Positions 11,101 through 23,100 of a stretch of 64,000 nucleotides of DNA are shown here, piece by piece. Each line of letters begins with the position of its first letter. The first letter of the stretch is position 1. The position numbers were made by a program, and so were the translations under genes. This DNA is from Mustelus asterias (taxonomy: Eukaryota). The DNA is taken from positions 141,050,001-141,114,000 of the forward strand of contig NC_135803.1 of assembly GCF_964213995.1 (NCBI RefSeq), written 5' to 3'. The notes below the pieces were generated by a model. That model had not been told where the DNA came from and ran no database searches. It saw only the letters and a list, made by a program, of their open reading frames with translations.

Positions 11101-14100
11101 AGAATCAGAATTTATGTCACACTATTTGTAACTCCCACAGTTGCGTGGACCTGCAGAGTTTCACTGGCTGTCTTGTCTGGAGACAATACACATCTTTTTA
11201 GCCTGTCTTGATGCTCTCTCCACTCCCATTGTTTTGTTTCTTAAAGACTGGATTAGTTGTAAGTATTCGCATTCCAACCATTATTCATGTAAATTGAGTC
11301 TGTGTCTTATAAGTTCTGTTTGTGAACAGAATTCCCACTCACCTGAAGAAGGGGCTCAGAGCCTCGAAAGCTTGTGTGGCTTTTGCTACCAAATAAACCT
11401 GTTGGACTTTAACCTGGTGTTGTTAAACTTCTTACTGTGTTTACCCCAGTCCAACGCCGGCATCTCCACATCAGTTATTAACTCCAGTGGTGAATTTCAG
11501 TCTGTCATCCCTCTTGTTCGACATTGATCAAGCACTACTAATAGTTGAACACTACTGAAAATCCTTTAATAATTTTAAACCCCTTTGTCAAAGTGCCCCA
11601 TAATCTACTTTATTCCAATAAAACCATTTTTTTCTCATCTTTTTGTTCATTTGTATTTTCCATGCCAGGCAACATCCTGTACACTCCTTATTGCCTCAAC
11701 GTTCGTTCTGTAGTGTGGAGTGCAGTGCAGAACAGAACACATATTCCAACTGGGGATTTCCTATGGTTCTGTATAAATCATCATTTTATAGACTTTTATA
11801 AGCAATACCATTTGCTATAAATTAGAATATCCCTTCAGCTTTTCAATGCCCTTACTCAGTTGAAGAACTATTTCTAAATTCTTGTGAAGCGGAACTCTTA
11901 AATCCTTCTGCTCTTTTTGTATCACCCAGCTTTGCTAGCTGCCACTTTTAATTAGTTCTAGCCATTACTCACCCCATATATGTACATGAATGTAACAGCC
12001 TACATGCATTCCCTTTTCTCCATTTTCTCCCTTCCTCTAAAATCTCAAAACAATAATTTCATCTGATTTTTCCTTTTTCATTTCCATACTTTTTAAAACA
12101 TAATTTATAGGATGTGGGCTTTGCTGGCTATGCCAGCATTTACTGCCCATCCTAATTGCTCTTCAGATAGTGATGAGCTGCCTTCAACCGCAGCAGTCTG
12201 AGGTGTAGTTCATCCAAGGTGCTGCTGGGGAGGGAATTCAGGATTTTGACCTAGTGACAGTGAAGGAATAGTGATATATTTCCAAGTCAGGATGATGAGC
12301 GACTTGGAGGGGAACTGCCAGGTGGTGGTGGTGTTCCAATGTTGAATGTTTATGAAATGAGTAGCAATCAAGTGAGCTTCTTTGTCCTGTATGGCTTCTT
12401 GAGTGTTGTTGGAGCTGCACTCATTCAGGCATATGGAGAGTATTCCATCAAACTCCTGACTTTAGAGTCATAGAGATGTACAGCACAAAAAGAGTCCCTT
12501 TGGCCCACCATGTCTGTGCTGCCAACGAACACCTATCTATTCTAATCCCATTTTGCAGAACCTGGACCGTAGAGTTGTGGCCAGGCTTTGGGGGCTCAAG
12601 AGGTGAGTTACTTCTGCAGCATTCCTAGCTTCTGGCCTCTTGTAGCCACAGTACTTAAATGGTTAGTGTAGTTGAGTTTCTGGTCAATGATAACCCCAGG
12701 ATGTTGATCGTGGTGAATTTGGTGATGGTAATGCCATTGAATGTCAAAAGAGTGATGGTTGGATTCTCTTTTGTTGGAGATGGTCACTGCCTGGAACTTG
12801 TCAGCCCAAGCCTGGATATTGTCCAGGTCTTGCATTTGGATGTGGACTGCTTCAGTATCTGAGGAGTCGTGAATGGTAGTGAACATTGTGCCATCATCAG
12901 CGAACATCCCACCTCTGACCCTATGATGGAAGGTCATTGATGAATCAACTGAAAATGGTTGGGCCGAGGACACTAGCCTGAGGAACTCCTGCAGCTGAGA
13001 TAATTGACCTCCAACCATCTTCCTTTAGGAACATAGGAATTAGGAGCCGAAGTAGGCAAATTCAGCCCTTCCAGCCAGCTCCATTATTCAGTCAGATCAT
13101 GGCTGATTGTGTCAGGTATTACTCCAACCAGGGGAGGGCTTCCCCCTGATTTTCATTGACTTTAGTTTTGCTAGGACTCCTTGATGCCATATTCGGCCAA
13201 ATGCTGCCTTAGTATCAAGGGCAGTCACTCTCACCTCTGGTGTTCAGCTCTTTTTGTCCATTTTTGAACCAAAGCTGTAATGAGGAGCCAAGTCATCTTG
13301 GCGGAACCCAAACTGACTGTACTTGAGCAGGTTATTGGTGAGGAAGTGCCATTAATGACCCCTTCCATTACTTTACTGATTGAGAATAGACTGGGGCGGT
13401 AATTGGCCAGGTTGGATTTGTCCTTGTGGACAGGACATACCTAGGCAATTTTCCACATTGCTGTGTAGATGCCAGTGTTGTAGCTCTACTGAGACAACTT
13501 GGCATGGGGTGCAGCAAGTTCTGGAGCGCAAGTTCTCAAGGCTATTGCTGGAATATTGTCAGGGCCCATTGCCGTTGCAGTATTCAGTGCTTTCAGCTGT
13601 TTTGTTGATATATGGAGTGAATCATATTGGTTGAAGATTGACATCTGTGATGCTGGGGACCTCAGTAGGAAGCTGTGATAGATCATCCACTCAGCACTTC
13701 AGGCTGAAGATTATTGTGAATGCCTCAGTCTTGTCTTTTTGCACTGATGTGCTGGGCTTCTCCATCATTAAGGATGAGGATATTTGTGGTGCCTCCTCCT
13801 CCATTCATAGCTGGCTGTGGCAGGACTGCAGAGCTTAGATATGATGCAAATAAACTTCATCTGTCTCTATGTTTCTACTCCTGCCCCTTCCTAACTTACA
13901 TGACTTTTCATTTATCGATTCATCTATCTTGCTAATGAATTGGTCCACTATGGGATTGGGCTGGGAGTTAAATGAAATCTTTGCTGAATCTTCAGATGAT
14001 CTGAAGATTCAGCAAAGAGCTATCTATTTTTCACAAGTATTGCACATTGGAAAAAATGAGCAAATTTGTAATTTCATAAATTATTCCTTAAACTTGTGCA

Positions 14101-14649
14101 TTTATTGTATTCAATTATTGTTTTGTTTACTGTAACTATTAAATGTGATAGATATTTTTGGGGGAGCTTGATTGAAGCTGAAATAATTAAGTCAGCTTTT
14201 TACTCCTAGTTACTACCTCCTCTACATGGTTAAAAATTCAAAAATCTTTAAACAATTAGAATATGTATAAAATTTCTACAATATTAGCTACAATAATCAT
14301 TTGTGCTTTTATAAGACATCCAGATTGAGATCCTTTATAAAATTTTAGTTTATGTACCATTGCCACTGTGCTTTTGTCTGCCACTGGTCAGACTAGTTTG
14401 AAATAAGCTAATGATTTTAGAAATTTAACTTGTCTACATGCTATGTTAATTTGCTGTATCAGTTCTGGTTGGATATTTTAATACATGCAATAGTAGAGTA
14501 GCTTTTTTTTAACTAATATATTACATTTTCAGCTAACCCTCCCACCGTGGCCTATGTACCGTAATCACCCATTGAATTGGCAGCCGGAGTTACAGATTGA
14601 GGAGAAAAAGCAAACCGAATGTGTCAAGAAGCCAAAAAAGCATAAATAA
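5089..14649 (+). CDS. SPCS1: Signal peptidase complex subunit 1, complete; join(5089..5124,9371..9430,9507..9593,14533..14649), 99 aa
   Basis: Spliced translation [78 protein letters not shown]...KHK* matches the SPC12/SPCS1 family. All introns are GT..AG, phase 0. AATAAA at 14703. Confidence 0.96.
5165..5410. repeat. 23-bp minisatellite (GCCAGCTGGATCCCCCATCCCCC)n, about 10 copies
   Basis: Units start at 5168, 5191, 5214 and so on; one unit is shortened. Confidence 0.95.
5474..6024 (+). mobile_element. 5'-truncated Tx1/L1-clade LINE (ORF2 C-terminal CCHC zinc finger plus 3' UTR)
   Basis: [32 protein letters not shown]; 14-bp TSD CCTAGGGGATTTTC at 5460 and 6025. Confidence 0.82.
6092..6313 (+). 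mobile_element. Miniature PLE-derived fold-back element containing a hammerhead motif
   Basis: 60-bp perfect inverted repeat 6092-6151/6215-6274, followed by the same 3' tail as the 10.2-11.5 kb element. Confidence 0.85.
6181..6217 (+). ncRNA. Minimal type I hammerhead ribozyme motif
   Basis: CCAU-CUGACGA-A-GGAGC(AUU)GCUCC-GAAA-GC-UU-AUGG. Confidence 0.75.
6405..7164 (+). mobile_element. DeuSINE (SacSINE1-like) interrupted by a V-SINE at 6597-6900
   Basis: tRNA-like head, Deu-like CAGATGAGA..TTAAACC core, L2-type tail GTGAAAGGCACTATATAAATGCAAG. Confidence 0.65.
7960..9296 (+). mobile_element. Degraded LINE endonuclease-region fragment interrupted by a SINE (8500-8803)
   Basis: [39 protein letters not shown] remnants. 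Confidence 0.65.
9371..9430 (+). CDS. SPCS1: SPCS1 exon 2
   Basis: tgtag|GACTAC...GCT|gtaagt; [20 protein letters not shown]. Confidence 0.95.
9507..9593 (+). CDS. SPCS1: SPCS1 exon 3
   Basis: gatag|ATT...TTG|gtaagt; [29 protein letters not shown]. Confidence 0.95.
10236..11470. mobile_element. Penelope-like element with inverted pseudo-LTRs (fold-back) and GIY-YIG C-terminus
   Basis: Arms 10236-10746 and 10928-11438. Minus-strand [20 protein letters not shown] (GIY-YIG). TSD TCAGTTATTAAC at 10226-10237 and 11471-11482. Confidence 0.9.
11340..11376 (+). ncRNA. Minimal hammerhead ribozyme motif (mirror copy on - at 10298-10334)
   Basis: CAC-CUGAAGA-A-GGGGC(UCAGA)GCCUC-GAAA-GC-UU-GUG. Confidence 0.72.
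12105..13830 (-). mobile_element. Degraded non-LTR retrotransposon (RT and 3' tail)
   Basis: [32 protein letters not shown]; the same tail recurs near 18650, 24030 and 62350. Confidence 0.75.
14533..14649 (+). CDS. SPCS1: SPCS1 exon 4 (to stop)
   Basis: tttcag|CTAACC; [16 protein letters not shown]...KKHK*. Confidence 0.95.
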   Translation, partial: LTLPPWPMYRNHPLNWQPELQIEEKKQTECVKKPKKHK

Positions 14650-15544
14650 TGTCAAATTATTCTGCATACAGCCCCACATCTGATTTTTTTATTTCATGAC
14701 TTAATAAATGTTGCTGAATCAGAATGAATTGTGTTCAGTAAGTTTATGCAGTAATGATTGAGGGCATAGAGGTTCCTATGCCAGGACAAGTGAATTGGGT
14801 GACAATATTTTGAATAAGAGCAAGGAATCTATTTATTGGTCAAGCAACATCACTGGACCTGGTTATCATATTGTTGTTTAAGGGACCTTGCTGTATGCCA
14901 AGTGACTGCTGCATTTCCGACAGTACAACAATATGTACATTTCAAATTAAAAACTTAATTGGTTAGTGCTTTGATAAGCCTGGATGTCACAAAAGACACT
15001 GGGGGCGATCTTGCCGCCCGTTCATGCCACACTCCCGTTGCAGCGAAGGCGGAGAACTTGGCCATAAGTCAAATCTCCATTCACCGCAGTGGGATGGAAA
15101 AATCCCACTGGCATTAACGGTCAGAAAATTCCAGCCACTGTATTAAGTTTAACTCATTTCTATAATGGACTATGATTTTTAAAAAAGCACTTGAGACATC
15201 TTTTGGTTGTGGTAACACATTTCCTTCATGCTAATCTTACTTCAGTATATACTGTTTTTTTTGTTAATCTATTCATTTTCTTACATTCAGACACCATGTA
15301 ACTTGTAAATTGCAGAGATGCTATTGTTCCATTTGGGTGATAACCTCATTTAGCCTCAATGGCAGTAAAGATTTTAGAAATAATAATCTGAGAAAAAATT
15401 AAGTCACTTGGACAAGTGTACTAATTAAGGAAAATGAGTTAAAGAAAAATCATTTTTATTGAGATAACAGTTGATGTGTGTACTGACTTTCAAAAGACAT
15501 TTGGTAGAGTGTCACGTCATAGGTTTCAACTCTGCTGACAAGAT

Positions 15545-17130
15545 AGAACAAAGAACAGTACAGCACAGGAAACAGGCCCTTCGGCCTTCCAAGCCTGTGC
15601 CGCTCATTGGTCCAACTAGACCATTCGTTTGTATCCCTCCATTCCCAGACTGCTCATGTGACTATCCAGGTAAGTCTTAAACGATGCCAGCATGTCTGCC
15701 TCCACCACCCGACTTGGCAGCGCATTCCAAGCCCCCACCACTCTGTGTAAAAACAAAAAAAAAGTCCCTCTGATACCCGAGTTATACCTCGCCCCTCTCA
15801 CCTTGAGTCCGTGACCCCTCGTGATCGTCACCTCCGACCTGGGAAAAAGCTCCCCACTGTTCATAATTTTGTACACCTCTATTGGGTCTCCCCTCATTCT
15901 CCGTCTTTCCAGGGAGAACAAGCCCAGTTTACCCAATCTCTCCTCATAGCTAAGACCCTCCATACCAGGCAACATCCTGGTAAACCTTCTCTGCATTCTC
16001 TCCAAAGCCTCCACGTCCTTCTGGTAGTGCGGCGACCAGAACTGGACGCAGTACTCCAAATGTGGCCTAACCTGCGTTCTATACAACTGCAACATCAGAC
16101 TCCAGCTTTTATACTCTATATCCCGTCCTATAAAGGCAAGCATACCATATGCCACCTTCACCCCTGTGCTGCCACCTTCAAGGATTTGTGGACTTGCACA
16201 CCTAGGTCCCTCTGTGTTTCTATACTCTTGATGGCTCTGCCATTTATTGCATAACTCCCCCTTACATTAGTTCTTCCAAGATCATGGATAAAAGGAGTAA
16301 TGGCAGCATGGATACAAAGTTGGCTGAAGGACAAGCACCAATGATGGTGTTTTCAGACTGGAGGAAGGCATAGTGGTCCCCAGGGGTCAGTACTGGATCA
16401 CTGTTGTTTATGACAACTTGTAAAAGGTAAAATTTCAGAAAGTTGTAAGTGCAGTGAGGAGGGCGGTTATAGACTGACTGCATGAGCGCATAGACAAGCT
16501 GCTGGAACGGGCAGACGTACAGATGAAATTTAACACCGAGAATTGAAAAGTGATTTATGATGAGGGGAAAGAAGAGGCACAGAAACAGAGAGATCTGGAG
16601 ATGTATGTGCTCAAATTGTTGAAAATAGTTAAAAACAAATACAGGTTGCTCAGTACAATAGCAAAAAAATGAAGAAACACTTAACTGCAATATTGTGTCT
16701 AATTCTGTGTGTTGGAAGGATATTGGCATTGGCTGCAGAAAAGATTCACAAGAATGGGGGACTTCAGTTATATGAATAGATTAGAGAGAACAGCCCCAGC
16801 TTCTCCAAAGAGAAGGCTGAGAGGATATTTGACAGAAATGCTCAATCATAAGGGATCTAGAGAGAGTAGATAGAAACTCTTCCCATTGGCAGAAAGATCC
16901 AGGGCCACATTGGCAAAAGAACCAAAGGTGGTACAAGGAAAACCTATTTTATGCAGCAAATGGTTACAATCTGGAATGCAGTGCCTTACAGGGTGATGGA
17001 AGAAGTTTCAATTCTGGCTTGCATAAGGGAATTAAACAAAAGGGAAAAAATCTTTGCAGAAATGTGGGGAACTCATTGCTCTTGTAGAGAACCAGCACCA
17101 ACTCAATGGGCCAAATAACCACAACCATTG
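15545..17130. mobile_element. Two CR1 fragments (15545-16280 on -, about 16280-17130 on +, degraded)
   Basis: [23 protein letters not shown] on -; decayed PQGSVLG..WQ on +. Confidence 0.8.
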
Positions 17131-20025
17131 TATAATCCATTGCAAATAGGATTAGTGAGTATGATTTGACATACCATAATTTAAAAATAATTTAGCATTC
17201 AAAATCACAGCTTTTAAAGACTGGAGAGATATTGTAAAACTGCATTTATACCAAAGCATACCAAAATCTGTTTGCCATGTAGAATGGCTCTACACCAGTT
17301 TTTAGTATTTAACCCTAACTGACAAAACCAAAAGTCATTTGCATCAGTTACAATTATTCAAGAGCTACAATGAAAATGCTTTTCCATTTACTTTTTCATT
17401 CTTGCAGACCATATTTTTAAAAATTGCTTCTTAAAATGATAAAGTATATTGTTCTATTGCTGTTTTCTTAAACTGTCAAACGTTTACCTTCATGTTTAAA
17501 AATACGACATAAACAAAAAATGTACAACATTTTACATAGTCCTTTGGATGCACTTTAACTTGGTTCCAATTAACTGACTCGCAAATTATGTAATCAGTGG
17601 GAGCAAAAGAATTATCACAGTATGAAAAGTGACAAAATGTCAATGTTCCGAAGCATACAAAGATTGCACAAGTCTACAATGATAAACAAAAAAAACCTCA
17701 TAACTTCAGCTGCATTTCAAAATGGAATAATGAACTTGCCTTATTCTGCTTAAATATGAACAGATACAAATATTTTATAGGAAACCTATGTTCAAAAACC
17801 CTTTCTAACTCCCATCACCTGCTCAGACAGGGAAATTTATAGGCAGATTATAAAGTTAGTCAAAATTAAGACTTGGAACTCAATCTTTTCTAATTGAGAG
17901 TCCAGTGACATATACTTATTGTTTACAAATCACTAATCTGTGACTAAGAAATCATTGGATAAGCGACTTAAGAGGTATGTAATATTATATCCTGTAAGAA
18001 ACAGATGAAACTACATTTAAGTTATTTTGGAAACTGTACATTATTTTTATTTTTCTAGCAAATATTGCAATATAACTGCAAGTTCACAAATCCAATGTGT
18101 ACTACTGTGAACATACATAGACAAAGTTCAGTTAAAGAAACAATACAACAAAGCTAATTGATAATTCAGATATTTGTAGTTATGTCTGAAAGTTGTGATT
18201 CAATATAAATTGCACACATCACAAATTATCTTCCTCGGTATAGTATAGGTCTGGTTGGAAGTGAAACTGTTATTGTGGGAAATTATTTTCTATTTCAAAA
18301 CAAAACTGTGGACAGAAAGAACTGGGCAAATGGTTCCACCAGGTAATTACTGCATATAGAAAGAAATACTTGATATGAATTTTTACTCGTTTCCTATCCT
18401 AACAAATACCAGTGTCAATGTTTCAACTGATATACCCTTTCTCTTTTTTCTTCTCCCTATATTTCTCAATGCTCTATAGAGTACAAGTCTAATTGATTTA
18501 TATGATCTTTCACAGTAAATGTTTTTGGAGATATGCAGAGTATTCTGTTTTTAAAACCTTAAATTATAGACCTCCCATTAGAAGGCAAGCTTATAGATTG
18601 TGAAAATACATTGCTCAGTATATTTTCTTTTATTATTTCTATGGAATAGAGGCGTCACTTGCAAGGCCAGCATTTGTTGCCCATCCCTAAATGCCCTTGA
18701 ACTGAATGGCTTGCTAGGCCGTTTCAGAGGACAGTTGAGAGTCAACCACATTGCTATGGATTTGAAGTCACATGCAGGCAGACAAGAACAACAGATTTGC
18801 TTCCCTAAAGGACATTAGTGGACTAGATGGTTTTTTACAACAATCTATAGTTGTCATGGTCACCATTAAAGAGATTAGCTTTTATTTCCGATTGAATTTA
18901 AATTTCACCAGTTGCTGTGGTGGGATTTGAACCCATGTAACCATGGCCTGGACCTCTGGATTACCACTCCTTCAGCATGTCCAAGATTGAATTTGGTCTG
19001 TGCTCAAGTTATTTCACCTCATTTGGGTGGTATCAAAAAGCACTAAAATGGCTTCATCCCCCAGGTTAGAAAAGGAAAATTATCCAGATTTAGCAGTCAA
19101 GTGACTCCAACAGAAAGTGAATGCATATTTTATTTAAAGGCCCTTCTGCCACTCACTCTTCACCAAGATCAGATGGTACGGTCAGTTAACAAACAGCTAA
19201 AACTGTAAATTTAGGAAAGATTAGAAAATTGTAGGAACATGAAACAGGTGCAAATAAAGTCACGTATTTTTGGAGCTGCTTGAAAAAGGTTCCCTTAAAG
19301 GTTCCAAAGATGTGCGGGTTAGGTTAATTGGCCATGCTAAATTGCCCCTTAGTGTCCCGGGATGCGTAGGTTAGAGGGATTAGCGGGTAAATATGTGGGG
19401 ATAGGGCCTGGGTGGGATTGTGGTCGGTGCAGACTCGATGGGCCGAATGGCCTCTTTCTGCACTGTAGGGTTTCTATGATTAAAAAAAATCCAAATATGC
19501 TGTGGTCTAGTGGGCAATTTCTAGAAACAGAATATATGGTTATATACACAGACAAAAACTGACTAACTGCAATTGTTTCAAACTGAGCTATAAATATGTT
19601 TAGAACTTTAGTGTACAACGTAACGTGATTTAAAGATGCGAATAAGATGTCAAAGGTGTAGTAAATTCTGCGACAGACCCTGCTTGTCTCTATGTAGGTA
19701 TCTTGTGATACATATTGAACTGTTCATCTAATATTTCACCAACAGTCTTAAGCTGATAATGTGAAGATATAATGCAATAGTCATTTTAATTCACAAACTG
19801 AAGATGTCATGGCTAGATGCATGGTGTCCGTCGCTTCATAATCCTTTTTGTAGTTTCTTTGTCATCAATTGCATGGTGCAAAGTTAAAAGAAATCCAAGA
19901 TGTGCCAGCATGTATTTGGACAATTGAATTTTCCAGCGGTAATGGATATATTTGAACTAATCTGTGTTTAACAAGGCACTTCTTAAATTGAACTGACCCA
20001 TTAAATTGTTTTTGGCACCATGCAG

Positions 20026-20121
20026 TCAAAAATTTGAATTATCTTCAAAGAACTTTAGTTGTTGGACCTTCATACTGTAATTCTGGTACAAATCTTCACC
20101 CATGTGTTGCTGCAGGCATTC
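20026..20121 (-). CDS. NEK4: NEK4 exon 16 (to stop)
   Basis: [31 protein letters not shown]. Confidence 0.93.
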   Translation of the reverse strand, partial: ECLQQHMGEDLYQNYSMKVQQLKFFEDNSNF

Positions 20122-23100
20122 CTAAAATTATCACATAAATCAGAGCAATGTTAAGTAACAAGCTACTGAGCCTCAAGACAAATTAACAATTCAATGAATA
20201 TAGTAGGTGAGGGACCCTACCTCCCTCCTGACTTGATCATCATCTTCCATGATGTTATATACTTTTTCCAAAAGCTTTACTCCTAATCCTTTTATAACAT
20301 CTGTTCGTAGGGCTTGAATTGTTCTTTTGATCTTCTCTGGTACAGATAAAACCTCTAAACAAGAAATAGTTTAATAGCATGGTAATCCGAAATATATTTC
20401 AAAGTAAACTGAAGTCAACTTGTAATTTTATTTACATCTCAACATAAAAATATACCGAAATTGAAAACTAAATCATTAGGAAAAGCTGAAATTTTAAATT
20501 AACCATCCACTCAAAGTATTGTTTAATTCATAAGCATGACATATGGGTTCCTAGTTGGTACACACCAGTGCGAAAATCATTGAAACAGAAATCCTCTGGA
20601 TCTTCCTTGGCTTTCCCATGAAGAATCAGAGTATCTCTGTACTTTTGCTGCAGTTTGAATTCTGGTGTTGGAGCAGGCGTTGGATTTTCTCTATTGGCAT
20701 CTTTTGAATCCATAGTTAATGTCCGAGTCATCAGTTTTACCAGATCGTGCATTTCATTAGAATCAGGTTTCCTGGAAGATAAACAGGAAATGCTCAGAAA
20801 ACCTTGGCTATGCAAGATCATGTAAATTATTGAGGTCTTTATACATTTGAGAAAGGTGATTAAATATGGCAGCGGAGGAATGGAGTGGCTAAAGGTTAAA
20901 AAACAAGGAGGAATAAATGGTCATTTTCAGGCACAGTAAGAAGTCTCACAACACCAGGTTAAAGTCCAACAGGTTTATTTGGTAGCACAAGCCACTAGCT
21001 TTCGGAGCGCAGCCTCTTCATCAGGTGAGTGGGAGTCCTGTTCACAAACAGGGCATATAAAGACACCAACTCAATTTACAAAATAATGGTTGGAATGCGA
21101 GTCTTTACAGGTAATCAAGTCTTAAAGTTACAGACAATGTGAGTGGAGAGAGGATTAAGCACAGGTTAAAGAGATGCGTACTGTCTCCAGCCAGGACAGT
21201 TAGTGAGATTTTGCAAGTCCAGGCAAGTCGTGGGGGTTACAGATAGTGTGACATGAACCCAAGATCCCGGTTGAGGCCGTCCTCATGTGTACGGAACTTA
21301 GCTATCAGTCACTGCTCCGCGATTCTGCATTGTCGTGTGTCGTGAAGGCCGCCTTGGAGAACGCTTACCCGAAGATCAGAGGCCGAATGCCTGTGACCGC
21401 TGAAGTGTTCCCCAACAGGAAGAGAACAGTCTTGCCTGGTGATTGTCGAGCGGTGTTCATTCATCTGTCGCCCTAGTGCCTGCATGGTCTCCGCAATGCA
21501 CCATGCCTCGGGACATCCTTTCCTGCAGCGTATCAGGTAAATCATAGAATCCCTCCAGTGCAGAAGGAGGCCATTCGGCCCATCGAGTCTGCACCGACCA
21601 CAATCCCACCCAGGCCCTACCCCCACATATTTACCCGCTAATCCCTCTAACCTACGCATTTTAGGATTCTAAGGGGCAATTTTTAACCTGGCCAATCAAC
21701 TTAACCCGCACATCTTTGGACTGGGAGGAAACCGGAGCACCCGGAGGAAACCCACGCAGACACGAGGAGAACGTGCAAACTCCACACAGACAGTGAGCCG
21801 AGCCGGGAATCGAACCTGGGACCCTGGAGCTGTGAAGCAGCAGTGCTAACCACTGCGCTACCGTGCCGCAGGTAGACAACGTTGGCTGAGTTGCAAGTGT
21901 ATGTACCGTGTACCTGGTGGATGGTGTTCTCACGTGAGATGATGGCATCTGTGTCGATGATCCGGCACGTCTTGAAAGACAGGCGTGAGGCGAATAGCGC
22001 AATCCTCACTGCGCCGTGCAGTTTCCCACTTTACCACGGCCCAAAAATGGCTGCGATTGGGACCGCGCCCGAAATGGGCACGACATCAAGTTAAATGCAT
22101 TTGCATACATTTAAATTGACTTAATGAGCTGGACGCCCAAACTTAGCGGCATTTACCATCATGTTCGCCCGTCCAGATTCGGTGCAAAACAGACATGCTC
22201 GGCAAAGGTCTGTTTTGGGCTCTCCAGCTTCTGAAGAGGTAAGTTCAGAGCTTCGGGCCAAATGAACCTTCTCCATTTTAGTTGGTCATAAGCCGAGGGA
22301 CTCCCATGATTGTGGGGGAGGAGGTGGCTTGTAAATATTCAATCTTTTCAGTGTGGTGATTCTTGCCACCAGAATTGTTGCACCTTGTAAAGGCAAGATC
22401 CAACAAATCTGGGGGAGGTAATGTGCTATGGAAGCTGGTTAGAAGAGGACCTTAGTTTTTTGAGAGTTTAGTGAAAGGCCCATTTCTCTCATATGTTTCA
22501 GAGAAGGAATTGACAAGTGATTTTGAGTTCAGTTTTTGAGTGAGTGCACACACAAGTGTTAACTACACATGAGTTCAATGACTGAAGTTGGAATGGTTTT
22601 GGATTGAAGATGGCATAGGTTGAACAGCTTCCATCTGTTCTGTAAATGATCTCCAGTCCTGTGAATAACTTGCTGGAGGTGAGGTGTAGCATTGCAGGGA
22701 GGAAGGTGGAGAAAAGGGTTGATGTGAAGAGCCAGCCTTGTTTGATCCAACCTTCACTAAGATAGGGTCTGTGATGGTTCCATTGATGAGGATCACAACT
22801 TGCATGTCATTATGGAGGATAATGACTGATTTCTGAGAACAGTCACATTTGAAGATACTCCATAAACCTTCACGGTTGACATATCCAAAGAATTTCATGA
22901 GACTGGAAAAGACCATATACAGATGCCATCTCTTGCATTTTTCTTAGATTTGCTGCTCAGCAAAAATTATATCCACTGTGCCACTTGTCAGGCAAAAACC
23001 GCAAAGCGACTCTGGAAGGTATCTTTGGGGAGACGATTCAGGATCGTTCTTGTACTAATCTTCTCTGTGGCAGACAGCTGTGGGACCTCTGTAATTATTG

